A stretch of 28,112 nt of DNA. Origin: Hyaloraphidium curvatum SAG 235-1 (Eukaryota; Fungi; Monoblepharomycota). The stretch covers positions 1-28,112 of the forward strand of contig JAIVFI010000049.1 of the NCBI GenBank assembly GCA_025558095.1. Reading direction: 5' to 3'. The translations under genes and the position numbers were made by a program. Every line of letters starts with the position of its first letter. Position 1 is the stretch's first letter. Shown in pieces: positions 18,371 to 27,472 of this stretch. The notes under the pieces were generated by a model, which saw only the letters and a program-made list of their open reading frames with translations, searched no databases and was not told the origin of the DNA.

Positions 18371-18819
18371 TGCGGTCAGGGCGGCTAACGATCGGGCGGT
18401 CAGGTCTAGTTCAATTAGGCGGCGGTCAGGGGTTTGGGGGCTGACCACGGTGCACACACACACGAAAAGCGAGTCGTTCATTTCGCCGCGCTCCCCTCGC
18501 CTCGACCCCCGAATCCCCGACGCGAAAAGGTAGCAATTGGTGGACGTTGGACCGGCCAGGGCGCAGAGGAACTATCCTCGTCCGTGGACACGAACTAAAG
18601 CCAGGAAATACGCGTGCGGATTCAAAGACTCACGAAGGACAGATCGACTCGGTCGTGACCGTTATTCCCGCCCATCTCCCAGGCCTTCACGCTGCGTGCA
18701 CACCATTTCGATAGCGAGCAACTAGACTTGTCGTGAAGGGGGTTCTCAATTGCATTGCCACTGACCCAAAATACACGGAGCTTCGGTCGGATTGCTCATC
18801 CGCAGTGAGGCACGTTTCG

Positions 18820-19743
18820 CTACAGATTGGACCTCCTCCGCCGCGGGATTCCGACGGCTCCGACGCGAGCCAGCCCAACGATCTCCTCCGATGCGAACCC
18901 GAGCTCGCCCAACACCTCCTCCGTGTGCTCGCCCAACCCCGGCGCACGGGTCGGCGCCTTCCCCGTGCCCTCTTCCCCTTCGACGCGGAACGGGCACCGC
19001 ACGGTGCTCCCTTTCCCGTCCTCAAACTCGGCAAAGAACCCGCACTCCCTGGGCTGCGCGTCCGCCGCGACCGCCCCCGGTCCCGGCAGCCCCGGGCCCA
19101 ACGAAGGCACACCCGACGGCTCCCCGTTCAGGTCCCCGTGGAGCGGCGCAGCGGCGGCCCATAGCCCGTTGGCGAGCAGCGCGGTGCTCACGTGCGAACC
19201 CTTGCCCGTGCGCTCCCGGTTGTACAGGGCGAGCAGGACGCCGGCGACGAGGGAGACGGCGGTGGGGTGGTCGCCCGTGCCCGGTATCGGGGAGGTGCGC
19301 AGGATGGAAAGCATCCCCGAGCGGGCCCAGTAGGCTTGCGGGTCGAACCCTGGCGCGTCGGCCTCGGGTCCTCGCTCGCCGTACGCCGAGACCGACGCGT
19401 AGATGAGCCGCGGGTTGAGCGCCGACAGCGACGCGTAGTCGATCCCCATCCGTTCGCGCGACGAGGGCAGCGCGTTGGTCACGAACACGTCCGCGCCCTT
19501 CACGAGCCTGCGGAGCACCTCGCGCGCCTCGGGCCGCTTCAGGTCCAGCGAAATGCAGCGCTTGTTCCTGTTGGTCGTGTCGTACGGGTACGCCCCACTT
19601 ATGCCGAACGCGGCGCCGCGCCACGGGTCGCCCCAGGGGGGCTCGATGCGCACGACCGACGCGCCAAAGTCGGCGAGGAGCGTCGAGGTGGAGGGGCCCG
19701 CAATGAAGGTCGCGCAGTCCACGACGCGCAGGTGCGAGAGCAT
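18820..19743 (-). CDS. family III CoA-transferase (CaiB/BaiF), 307 aa, apparently lacking the small domain
   Basis: LSHLRVVDCATFIAGP...LLADFGASVVRIEPPWGDPWR, NRNKRCISLDLK, ADVFVTN, LNPRLIYASVSAYG, a catalytic-Asp-like GDHPTA and the C-terminal APGLGEHTEEVL. Start taken at ATG 19743; the upstream extension of the ORF is antisense to the GST. Confidence 0.9.
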   Translation of the reverse strand: MLSHLRVVDCATFIAGPSTSTLLADFGASVVRIEPPWGDPWRGAAFGISGAYPYDTTNRNKRCISLDLKRPEAREVLRRLVKGADVFVTNALPSSRERMGIDYASLSALNPRLIYASVSAYGERGPEADAPGFDPQAYWARSGMLSILRTSPIPGTGDHPTAVSLVAGVLLALYNRERTGKGSHVSTALLANGLWAAAAPLHGDLNGEPSGVPSLGPGLPGPGAVAADAQPRECGFFAEFEDGKGSTVRCPFRVEGEEGTGKAPTRAPGLGEHTEEVLGELGFASEEIVGLARVGAVGIPRRRRSNL

Positions 19744-19953
19744 CGAGACGGAAGGCGACTGCAGATTCGTTGGAAGCTCAGAAACACGCGTTTCGCTCGC
19801 TTTCGGCGCGACGCGGCCGAGGTAGTGGACGATGCGTTTCGGGGGAGACAATGCACGAGTCGATCGCGAAAGCGCGATAGTGCCGGCCCCTCGTTCTCGA
19901 AGGAATCTCCCGTCTCCCTGGCCGCGTCCTTCCAGGAAACATCGGGCGAAAAG

Positions 19954-20915
19954 ATGGCCGCAGCCAACAATTTCGTCGGTGGCCCCGTCAGAGTGGCCTA
20001 CTGGTGCGCGTCGCGCCTTCCATGACGTGTCTTGTGACAGTCTCCCGTCCTCACCTCTGTTCCATTCCCTGCCAACCGTACCTTGCGGTCGCGCTTTCGC
20101 CTCCCGGCTACCACGGCGGAACGCAGGGACTATCCCATCGCCCGCGGGAACAATATCCGCCTCGTGCTCGCGGACCTCGGCGGACCTCGGAATCCCGTTC
20201 GAAGACGTCGTCCCGGGGACGATCGAGGAGTGGCCCGCGGAAAAGAAGCGCATCCTCGAAAACAAGATCAACCTCGGCACGCTGCCCTGGGTCGAGCTGC
20301 CCGATGGGAGGGTGATCGGGGAGCACCTCGCTTTTCTCCGGTACGTAGCGAGGAAGGCGGGCGGCGAACTGTACCCCGTTGAGGACCCCGAGAAAGCTTT
20401 GGTTGTGGATGAGGTAGCATTTCGCGTTCTTGACGGATCGGAGAACGGACCGCCGACCTCCACTGCAGATGCTGGACCTCAACTAGGACTGGAGGCTCAA
20501 CCGCCGCGAACGCCCTTTCGTTCTCCCTCATCTCCATCGGCTCCCTCCATGTCATCTCACCCCGTTCTCCTGCAGCTACGAGCGATCCCGCCTCGCCATC
20601 CTCGACGTGATCGAGCACCGCTACGCCACGAACCCGTTCCACGGCCCAGGCCCGATCACCATCGCGGACCACTTCACCTACCAGACCCTCGTCGAATGGC
20701 CTCCTGCTATACTTCCAGGGGCGGATGCGAGGTTTCCGGAGCTGGTCAAGCTCAGGGAGGCGATGAAGCAGAGGCCTGGGATCAAGGCGCTGGAGGAGAG
20801 CCAGAAGGGGAGGAGCGAGGCGGTGCCGGAGATGGTCGCCCAAAGCCAGCCTCATTTGGCGGAGATGTACCGCCGGGTGGTGGGCGAAGACGAAGTCAAG
20901 GCACGCGAAGAATAG
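19954..20915 (+). pseudogene. glutathione S-transferase, disrupted
   Basis: Exon 1 MAAANNFVGGPVRVAYW, an intron starting GTGCGC at 20004, then DYPIARGNNIRLVLADLG/IPFEDV...GTLPWVELPDGRVIGEHLAFLRYVARK, and C-terminal ITIADHFTY...FPELVKLREAMKQRPGIK. It is disrupted by a 10-bp tandem duplication (20171-20190) and an in-frame TAG at 20484-20486 (MLDLN*DWR). Confidence 0.8.
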
Positions 20916-21002
20916 AAGAAAGGTGGAGGCGATACAGGGCACGGCGCGGGTGGTGCTGAGTCACCGTTTTCCGGACAGCACGAAACCATCGTTCAAGCAA
21001 GC

Positions 21003-22118
21003 ATGTCGACCCCTTCCTCCATGCCGTCCGAAGCCGAAACGGTTGCGGTGGAGGACTCGGAAAGCGGTTCGCGGCTCCCCCCGGAGCTCTATCTCCACGT
21101 CTCCTCCTTCTTCAACCCGGGGACACAGAGCCTCCTGAAAATGATGCTTGCCTGCCGGGACCTGTACGAGCTGCTGCTGCCGCGCTTTATGGAGACATTC
21201 TGCTTGGAATGGCTTCCAGAGGAGACCGCGGAAGAGACGGTCGAGGAGCTCGGCCCCCGAGGCGCGCTGGGCTTTATCAAGACCATGGACCTCCGCCTCC
21301 GGAGCGACCGCCAGTCGGAGCCAGACAGCGGTGACCTTGTTTTCCCGGACGCCCACGCCTTCGTGCTGCGGCAGAGGTTACCTTCGCTCTCCCGCCTCTC
21401 GCTCATTCTGTCCACGGAAGAGCTCGTCAAGGCATTTGCCGTGGCAGATCTGACGACCGTCGGTTTTCTGGACCTCGACATCGACTCTGGCCCGTTCCTG
21501 GACTTCGAACATATAAGGTTTCCATCCCTTCCCGCTCTCCGGGAGCTCAAGCTCGCCTTGTGGTACGACGCACGTGTCCTTGCGATTTCGGAAGCCGCAT
21601 GCCCCAACGTCGCAGCAGCCTTCATGAACGTCATGCTCCACCCGCGCGTGCATCACGCCGCGTCCTTTCCAAATTTCCTCTTGGAACGGACGTCGATTGG
21701 ACAGCGCATAACGCGGATCTGCTCGGCGATTTCTCCTCGCTCCCGCACTTTCGTCCGAGAACCCTCCGCTATCGCTTCGGATCCTATGCCCGCGGTGACC
21801 TGCACCAGGAGCTCTGGGTTCTGATGCCGATGTGGCAGTGTGGAGGAGTTGATTGTACCAGTGGAAGAGGGCTGGGGCGACCAGTTCGACATCCTTCTCG
21901 CATTCGAATCTGCAGACGGCGTCGGCGGCGGCTTCCCACCCAACCTCAAAGTGCTGGTCATTGAGCAGCTCAGAGTCTTATTTATCCCATCTGACCTACT
22001 TGCCTTCTCCTCCACTTTCTCGGCAAACTCCCCGAGAGTCGAGGCTTCTAGCCAGAGAGAGAGGTTTCTCGTGTCCTCAATCGTTTTGGCAGCATTGAGG
22101 GAATCCTTCATGACGTGA
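21003..22118 (+). pseudogene. F-box/LRR-like protein gene with frameshifts
   Basis: F-box-like RLPPELYLHVSSFF...MMLACRDLYELLLP and LRR-like units LPSLSRLSL, LPALRELKL and PPNLKVLVI. The protein-like reading jumps frame near 21690 and 21835 with no evident introns. Confidence 0.6.
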
Positions 22119-22497
22119 GCCGCGGCAGCCCTGACGAGTTGGGTGATCTTTTTCTTTGGCAGCGCAGTGTCGGCAATCGCAAGGGTGCCCAGTAACCTCG
22201 GTCGCGCCGGCGATGATCCCGTCGGTAAGCCACGACGGCGGCGACATTTCGTTGCCGGAAGAGACGGTACGGGGGTTGACCATGTCAGTCAGGTCGAAGG
22301 GCGAGCACACGCCGCGATCTCACGGCGTGCAGAACGCGGTCGAGTGACGATAGGGAAGGAGTCGCGGAGGCGCGGGACGGGCCAGGCAGGCCGTGGGCAG
22401 GGAACCATCACTTTTGGGGGTCGCGCCGGGGCATATAGCCGGCGGCTGGGGGCTATCCCTAATCAGCCCCGTTTCCGAGTCAGCGTCCCCGACGGCC

Positions 22498-23664
22498 ATG
22501 AGCGCCGACGCGGGGCCGCTCCGCGTGGCGGTGATCGGCGGCGGCTGGTACGGCTGCCACATCGCGGCGGCGCTGCTTGCGCTGGGCCACACGGCGGTGT
22601 GTGCTCGAGCGCGGCCCGCGCCTCTTCTCCGGCTCCTCGGGCGCCAACCAGTTCCGGCTGCACGCGGGCTTCCACTACCCGCGCTGCGCGCGCACGCGGC
22701 GGCAGGTTGCGGCGTGCGCTGGGCCGCTTCCTCGCGGCGTACCCGCGGCTCGTCGCCCCGCTCGCCGCCAACATCTACGCCGTGGCCGCGCGCAGCTCGC
22801 TGCTCGACTTTGAGACGTACGCGACCGTGCTGCGCCACGACGGCGGCGGCGCGCCGTTCGACGTGATCGACCCGGCCGCCGCGGGCCTCGCCGGCGTCGA
22901 GGGCGCGCTGCTGTGCCGCGAGCCGGCGCTGCTCGCCGACGCGCCGCGCGCGCACTTCGAGCGCGTGCTGGGCGGGGCGGTGCAGTGCGGCCGCTCCGTC
23001 GCCTGCGTGGCGTCGCTGCGGGCCCCCGGCGGGGGAGGCCGTCGGCGCCGCGGTCGGACGGCGAGCGCTTCGACTGGGTCGTCGACGCCACGTACGGGCA
23101 GCTGGACGTGCCCGTGCCCCGGCCGGCCCACTTTTTCGAGGTCTGTCTGACGCTGGTCTACCGCCGTCTGGCAGAGGGCCCCGCGGTGGCCCGCGCATTC
23201 ACCATCATGGACGGCGACTTCTGCTCCCTCTTCCCATATTTTTCCGACAGCGAGGACGCCGAGCTCGACCGGCGCAGGCTGCACACGCTGACCCACGTGC
23301 GGCACACGCACCTCGCCCGCTTTCGGACGCTTCGAGGACGCCGCGGCGTTCGCCGCCTCCTTCGGCGAGGCGGACGCCCTGCGGTCGGTGCCCCTGTTCG
23401 AGGACGCCATCGTACGGTTCCTCCCGGCCTTCAGGGAGGAGTACCGGTACCACTCGTACTTTCTGTCGTTCAAGACCAAGATCCCGGGGGCGGACGGACG
23501 GCCGCGAGACCGTCTGCACGCACGAGGGCAGGGTCATCTCGGTCATGTCCGGCAAGGTGAGCACGGTCTTTGTCGCCGAGGACTATGTGCTGGACGTCAT
23601 GGGGCTCGCGGGCAAGCGCGAACCCGGGAAGGAGGCGGTGGCAGGGGTTGCAAAGGCGAGCTGA
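22498..23664 (+). pseudogene. FAD-dependent oxidoreductase (bacterial/giant-virus-type family), multiple frameshifts (pseudogene or assembly errors)
   Basis: Segments spread over different frames: LRVAVIGGGWYGCHIA (GxGxxG), SGANQFRLHAGFHYPR, NIYAVAARSSLLDFETY, FDWVVDATYG, FTIMDGDFCSLFPY, TLTHVRHT, SFKTK, VISVMSGKVSTVF...AKAS* (TGA 23662-23664). Confidence 0.8.
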
Positions 23665-23816
23665 GGGGAGCGGAAGGGACGTCACCACAACCGATGCAAT
23701 GTATTTGCGGTAAAGCAAACGTCGCTTGCCGCACCATCGCGACGCACGATCGCACCGCAACGGCCTCCGCCGCGCACAGCAACGTCAAACCGGTCGGCGA
23801 CCCCGATCCGCCGCAG

Positions 23817-25507
23817 TCACCCAAACAGGCACTGGTAGGTTGCCTCGTAAAACTCCAGCGACGCCTCCAGCTCCCGCACCTCCCTGCATACCATCTCCAG
23901 CGCCACGCATGCCCCGTAACTTCGCATCCTTCAGCGCCGCGCTAACCCCTGGCGTGGTCCACCTGGGGCCCACTACGGCGCAGCAATCGGCTCGAGACGT
24001 GGAAGTGCGCGGGCTGCCCCTCCTCACGGCGCGCCGAAACCCGCCGACGCCACGTCCTCCCCGCCATGGCCATGCACGCCGCGTCGAGGTGCACCTGCAG
24101 CCCCGGGTGTCCGACCCGCCGCACCAGGGACAGGGCGTGGGCCGAGGTGGTGGCAAAGTTGCACCCGTACTGCGGGGCGTTGGGTTCCAGGCACAGGGCG
24201 CAGCCCCTGGAATGGGCGTACTCGGCGAGCGGGCCGAAGAGGGCGCAGAAGATGCGGTCGGCTTCCTCGTGGGACATGCCGTCCGGGATCCGGCGGTTCT
24301 TGGGCGCGCCAAAGACGATGGGGAACGGGCCCGGGGAGGGGCGCCAGAGCTCGCGGAGGGAGGCGGCAAAGTCGACGACCACGCGGAGGTGCCGGGCGAG
24401 CCTGCCCCTCGCCTCCTCGGTGCCGAAGAGGACGAGGTCGGGTTTGCCGAAGAGGACGGCCTGGAGGGAGGAGATCCCGAGCCCGCGGGCCGCGAGGTCC
24501 GCCGCAAACCCCGCGACGAGCCCGTCGAGAACCCCGCCGGCGACGGCCCGCTCGATGGCGTCCCATGCAAAGAACCTGGTGGGGGCGACCTCAATGTACC
24601 GGTACCCGCGGGTCCTCAGCAGGGAAACCGCGGCGTCGTGGGACGGCTCGTCCCACGCGATGCACGAGACAGAGGTACGCCGGAACATGTTCCATTCCCC
24701 GAGGAACCGCGAAAAGGAGGCCAGGACTTGCGCGGCGGTGCAGATGTACGGCAGCCCCGCTGGGGCGCCGAACGCCTGACCGTGCTTCGTCAGGCAGTCG
24801 TAGCGCAGCGGCGGGCCGCCGTGGCCGACGTCGCGGGGCTCGACGTCTCCCGCCAGGAGGCCGGCATCCGAGATGAGCCGGATCAGTTCGGCGGTGGGCA
24901 CGGGTTCGGGGAACAGGTTGGCCTCGCGGAGCCCGAGCTCCAGGGCGCGCTGCATGTCCGCGGACAGCCGCGAAACGTCGTACCATTGGAACGCCGAGTT
25001 CATGTTGATGGCGGGGAGGTTGTTGCCCACTAGCAGGTCGTAGACGTAGTTCTTCTTAAGGTGGATGCCGAACAGCGCGGGGAGGCGGAGGACCAGGTGG
25101 TCGGGGAACCGGTCCCGCACGAAGCGCTCGAGCAGCGCGCGGTGCCTGCCGTAGGGGTGGAGGTCGGGCATGTCGGCGGCTCCACCCAGGCCGTCTTCGT
25201 CCCTTCGGCCGTCCGCCGGGTTGTAGACGTCGATGGTGGAAATGAGCACGAAGCGGTCGCATTCGACGCCCGCCAGCACGGCCTCCAGCTTCCGCAGGTT
25301 CGCCAGGTCGGCGTCCGGGTCCTTGTTTGCCAGCCATTTGGCGGCCGGGAGGGCGGCGCACACGACGGTGGAGAATCGGCGGCCGCGGGCGGCGCCGGCG
25401 TCGGTCGAGCGGAACGCGTGGTCGAACCTGAGTGCGCGCCGCAGAGACGTGCCGACGAACCCGGTGCTGCCGAAAAGCGCCGAGTTTGGCGGCGGGAAGC
25501 TCTCCAT
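23817..25507 (-). CDS. fusion of an NAD-dependent epimerase/dehydratase-like SDR domain and a xylose-isomerase-like TIM-barrel (sugar phosphate isomerase/epimerase) domain; the last ~250 bp carry indels
   Basis: N-domain: ALFGSTGFVG, VVCAALPAAKWLANKDP, VLISTIDVY, PYGRHR, LRLPALFGIHLKKN. C-domain: VSCIAW, IEVAPT, SLQAVLFG, VFGAPKNR, LCLEPN, HLDAA, HFHVS, and after frameshifts YGACVALEM...QCLFG* (stop 23817-23819). The uncorrected ORF stops at 23942. Confidence 0.8.
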
Positions 25508-25625
25508 CAGGGGAGTCAAGGCGCTTTTTGATTGGGGATCGATGATGATGGTGCCCTTATTCTACTAGCTTCATTGGGGCCCCACCTGGGACACCGACGG
25601 ACGACTTGTGGGACGCCACTCCCCG

Positions 25626-26933
25626 ATGCAGATCTTTTGGCTGTGGCAAGGATCGAGGCCGCTCTCGGCGGCAGCCGTGCTGCTCGCCTCCACGATGCTG
25701 CTCGCGTGGTCGTGGTCGTGGTCGCGGACTGGAGGCCGCGAAGGACCGCGTCGGTTCTCCGTGCTGGCGGACCCCTCGCTGGCGGCGTCCTACGCCGCGT
25801 TCGTGCGCACCGCCGACGAGGCCGACGGCACCACGATCAGCCAGTACTCGCTCAACATCGGCTTCGAGGATTCCGTGCGCCGCAGCACGGCCTTCGTCGC
25901 GGACCCGGCCGCGGCCGACGCCGTCGTCGTTGCCCTATATCCAATCGCTTTGGGCCTGCACAGGCACATGGAGGGCAATCTGATGCGGACAATGGAAACC
26001 GTCGCCAAGCGCTTGGTTCCCGCCATCCGAAGCCTGCCCTCCAGGACCGTGCTCATCTTTGTTATTACGCACGTCGACGAGCTGCCCGAAATCAACCGGT
26101 ATATCCTGCGCCGGGTGCGCGAGGTCCACCCCCGCCGCATCCTGCTGATCCGCACGGACGTCGGCGATACCTCGTGTTCCTGCTACGGCAGGCCGTACTA
26201 CGTCCCGGGAATTGAGAACCTCATGGCGCCCTACGCCGTCGCCAAGCCGCGTGCTCTGGTCTCGGCCGCCGAGCGGGGCTCTCTGGACCGCCCGCGGAAC
26301 CTCACCGTCTTTTTCCGCGGCCGCAGCCCCGGCGTGCGCCGCAAACTCGCGGACAGCATTCGCGCCCTCAAACGGCCGGACGTGCTCTATGACCTCGTGT
26401 CGGACGCCGGCGCGGACCGCGCGCGCCACGCGGACTACCTGGACAAGGCGCTCTCTTCCAAATTCTGCCTCGTACCGGACGGCGACGTGTCGAGCTCGCT
26501 CAGGCTTTTCGAATCCATCGTGGCCAGGTGCGTCCCCGTCATCTTTTCCGACTGCCCGGACCTTCTCCCGTTCGACGGCACCCCCGAGGTCGGCAACTAC
26601 TCGGCATTCTCGCTCATCGTGCCCCTCGCCTCGAGCGGGTCCGCGGTCATGTCCAGGATCGACGCCGCGGTCGCCTCGGGCGCGTACCAAAGGATGCTGG
26701 CGCGCCTCGACGAGGTCTGGATCCACTTTACGGCGCCCAGGGTGCCGATTCCTGGGCAGGCCGGCGCCCACGCGCTGCTGCTGCGGCTCGCGAGTGAGGC
26801 CATGGACCGGATGGACGCGGGGTTGCCGACCAAGTGGTCGCGGTACGACGAGAAGAGGCTTTCGAGGTGCGTCAACATGTACGGCGATGCGTGGTTGCGG
26901 GCCTGGCGGCGGGGAGAGGTCGGAGGAAAGTAA
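25626..26933 (+). CDS. exostosin-like glycosyltransferase (GT47), type II membrane protein
   Basis: N-terminal hydrophobic anchor, RNLTVFFRG and the GT47 signature SSKFCLVPDGDVSSSLRLFESIVARCVPVIFSD...LPF. The ORF is intact and intronless; first ATG at 25626. Confidence 0.88.
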   Translation: MQIFWLWQGSRPLSAAAVLLASTMLLAWSWSWSRTGGREGPRRFSVLADPSLAASYAAFVRTADEADGTTISQYSLNIGFEDSVRRSTAFVADPAAADAVVVALYPIALGLHRHMEGNLMRTMETVAKRLVPAIRSLPSRTVLIFVITHVDELPEINRYILRRVREVHPRRILLIRTDVGDTSCSCYGRPYYVPGIENLMAPYAVAKPRALVSAAERGSLDRPRNLTVFFRGRSPGVRRKLADSIRALKRPDVLYDLVSDAGADRARHADYLDKALSSKFCLVPDGDVSSSLRLFESIVARCVPVIFSDCPDLLPFDGTPEVGNYSAFSLIVPLASSGSAVMSRIDAAVASGAYQRMLARLDEVWIHFTAPRVPIPGQAGAHALLLRLASEAMDRMDAGLPTKWSRYDEKRLSRCVNMYGDAWLRAWRRGEVGGK

Positions 26934-27142
26934 GAGGCCGCAGAACAGCTCCGTGCCAACGTAGCGAAGCTTTTCTTCAACGAATTCGCCGCATTTCACG
27001 TACCCTCTCTCGAGAGAAAGATCCATCGGCGGCAGGAACCATCACGGAACAACGGGAAGGAAGGACGACACAGCATGTCCTGCACGTGGATTGTCACGTG
27101 CGCTATCCGCGGCAACAGCACTGGACACATGGTACACAATAG

Positions 27143-27202
27143 ACCCAGCTTTCTCGTCACTCGACCCTCCAACCCAGCTTTCTCGTCACTCGACCCTCCA
27201 AC
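27143..27202 (+). repeat. 29-bp perfect tandem duplication (intergenic)
   Basis: acccagctttctcgtcactcgaccctcca at 27143-27171 and 27172-27200. Confidence 0.9.
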
Positions 27203-27472
27203 AGACGACTCATCTCGATGTGCCAAACCGAGGATGCTCGTGTACAGTCCATCCAGCGCAGGAGCTGGCAAAGACGTCTGTGCGGGACGCTGTCAGGCGG
27301 GACGCCTCCCGCGTGAACTACAACATTCGCGCTTCGTTGTTTAATAGGAGGAAGTCGCAGAAGATCGCATTCCATTCAATGTCAATCTCAATCTGAAGTT
27401 CTGAAAAGCAAAGAAACCCGCCACAGAGCAGAAACCCCGCGCCCGCAAACAACCACCGAGTCCAAGCCGCCG

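Larger units (their letters stand above)
13036..18462 (+). mobile_element. Crypton (CryptonF-like) transposon, copy 2, head-to-tail with copy 1
   Basis: Matches 7612-13038; the only difference I found is A8525 versus G13949. Identity ends at 18462. Confidence 0.9.

Noticed and set aside
7612-18462. Prophage, bacterial integrative element, DIRS retrotransposon or Starship
   Set aside because: The recombinase gene has spliceosomal introns and a GCR1_C domain. There is no RT/RNase H, gag, phage gene or cargo, and the unit is only 5.4 kb. Crypton fits best.
19744-20463. N-terminal 240-aa extension of the CoA-transferase ORF (18820..20463)
   Set aside because: It has a non-ATG start and is antisense to the GST exons; family similarity begins at Met 19743.
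20484-20486. TAG reassignment or readthrough in the GST
   Set aside because: TAG appears to serve as a normal stop in neighbouring genes, and the same gene has an independent frameshift.
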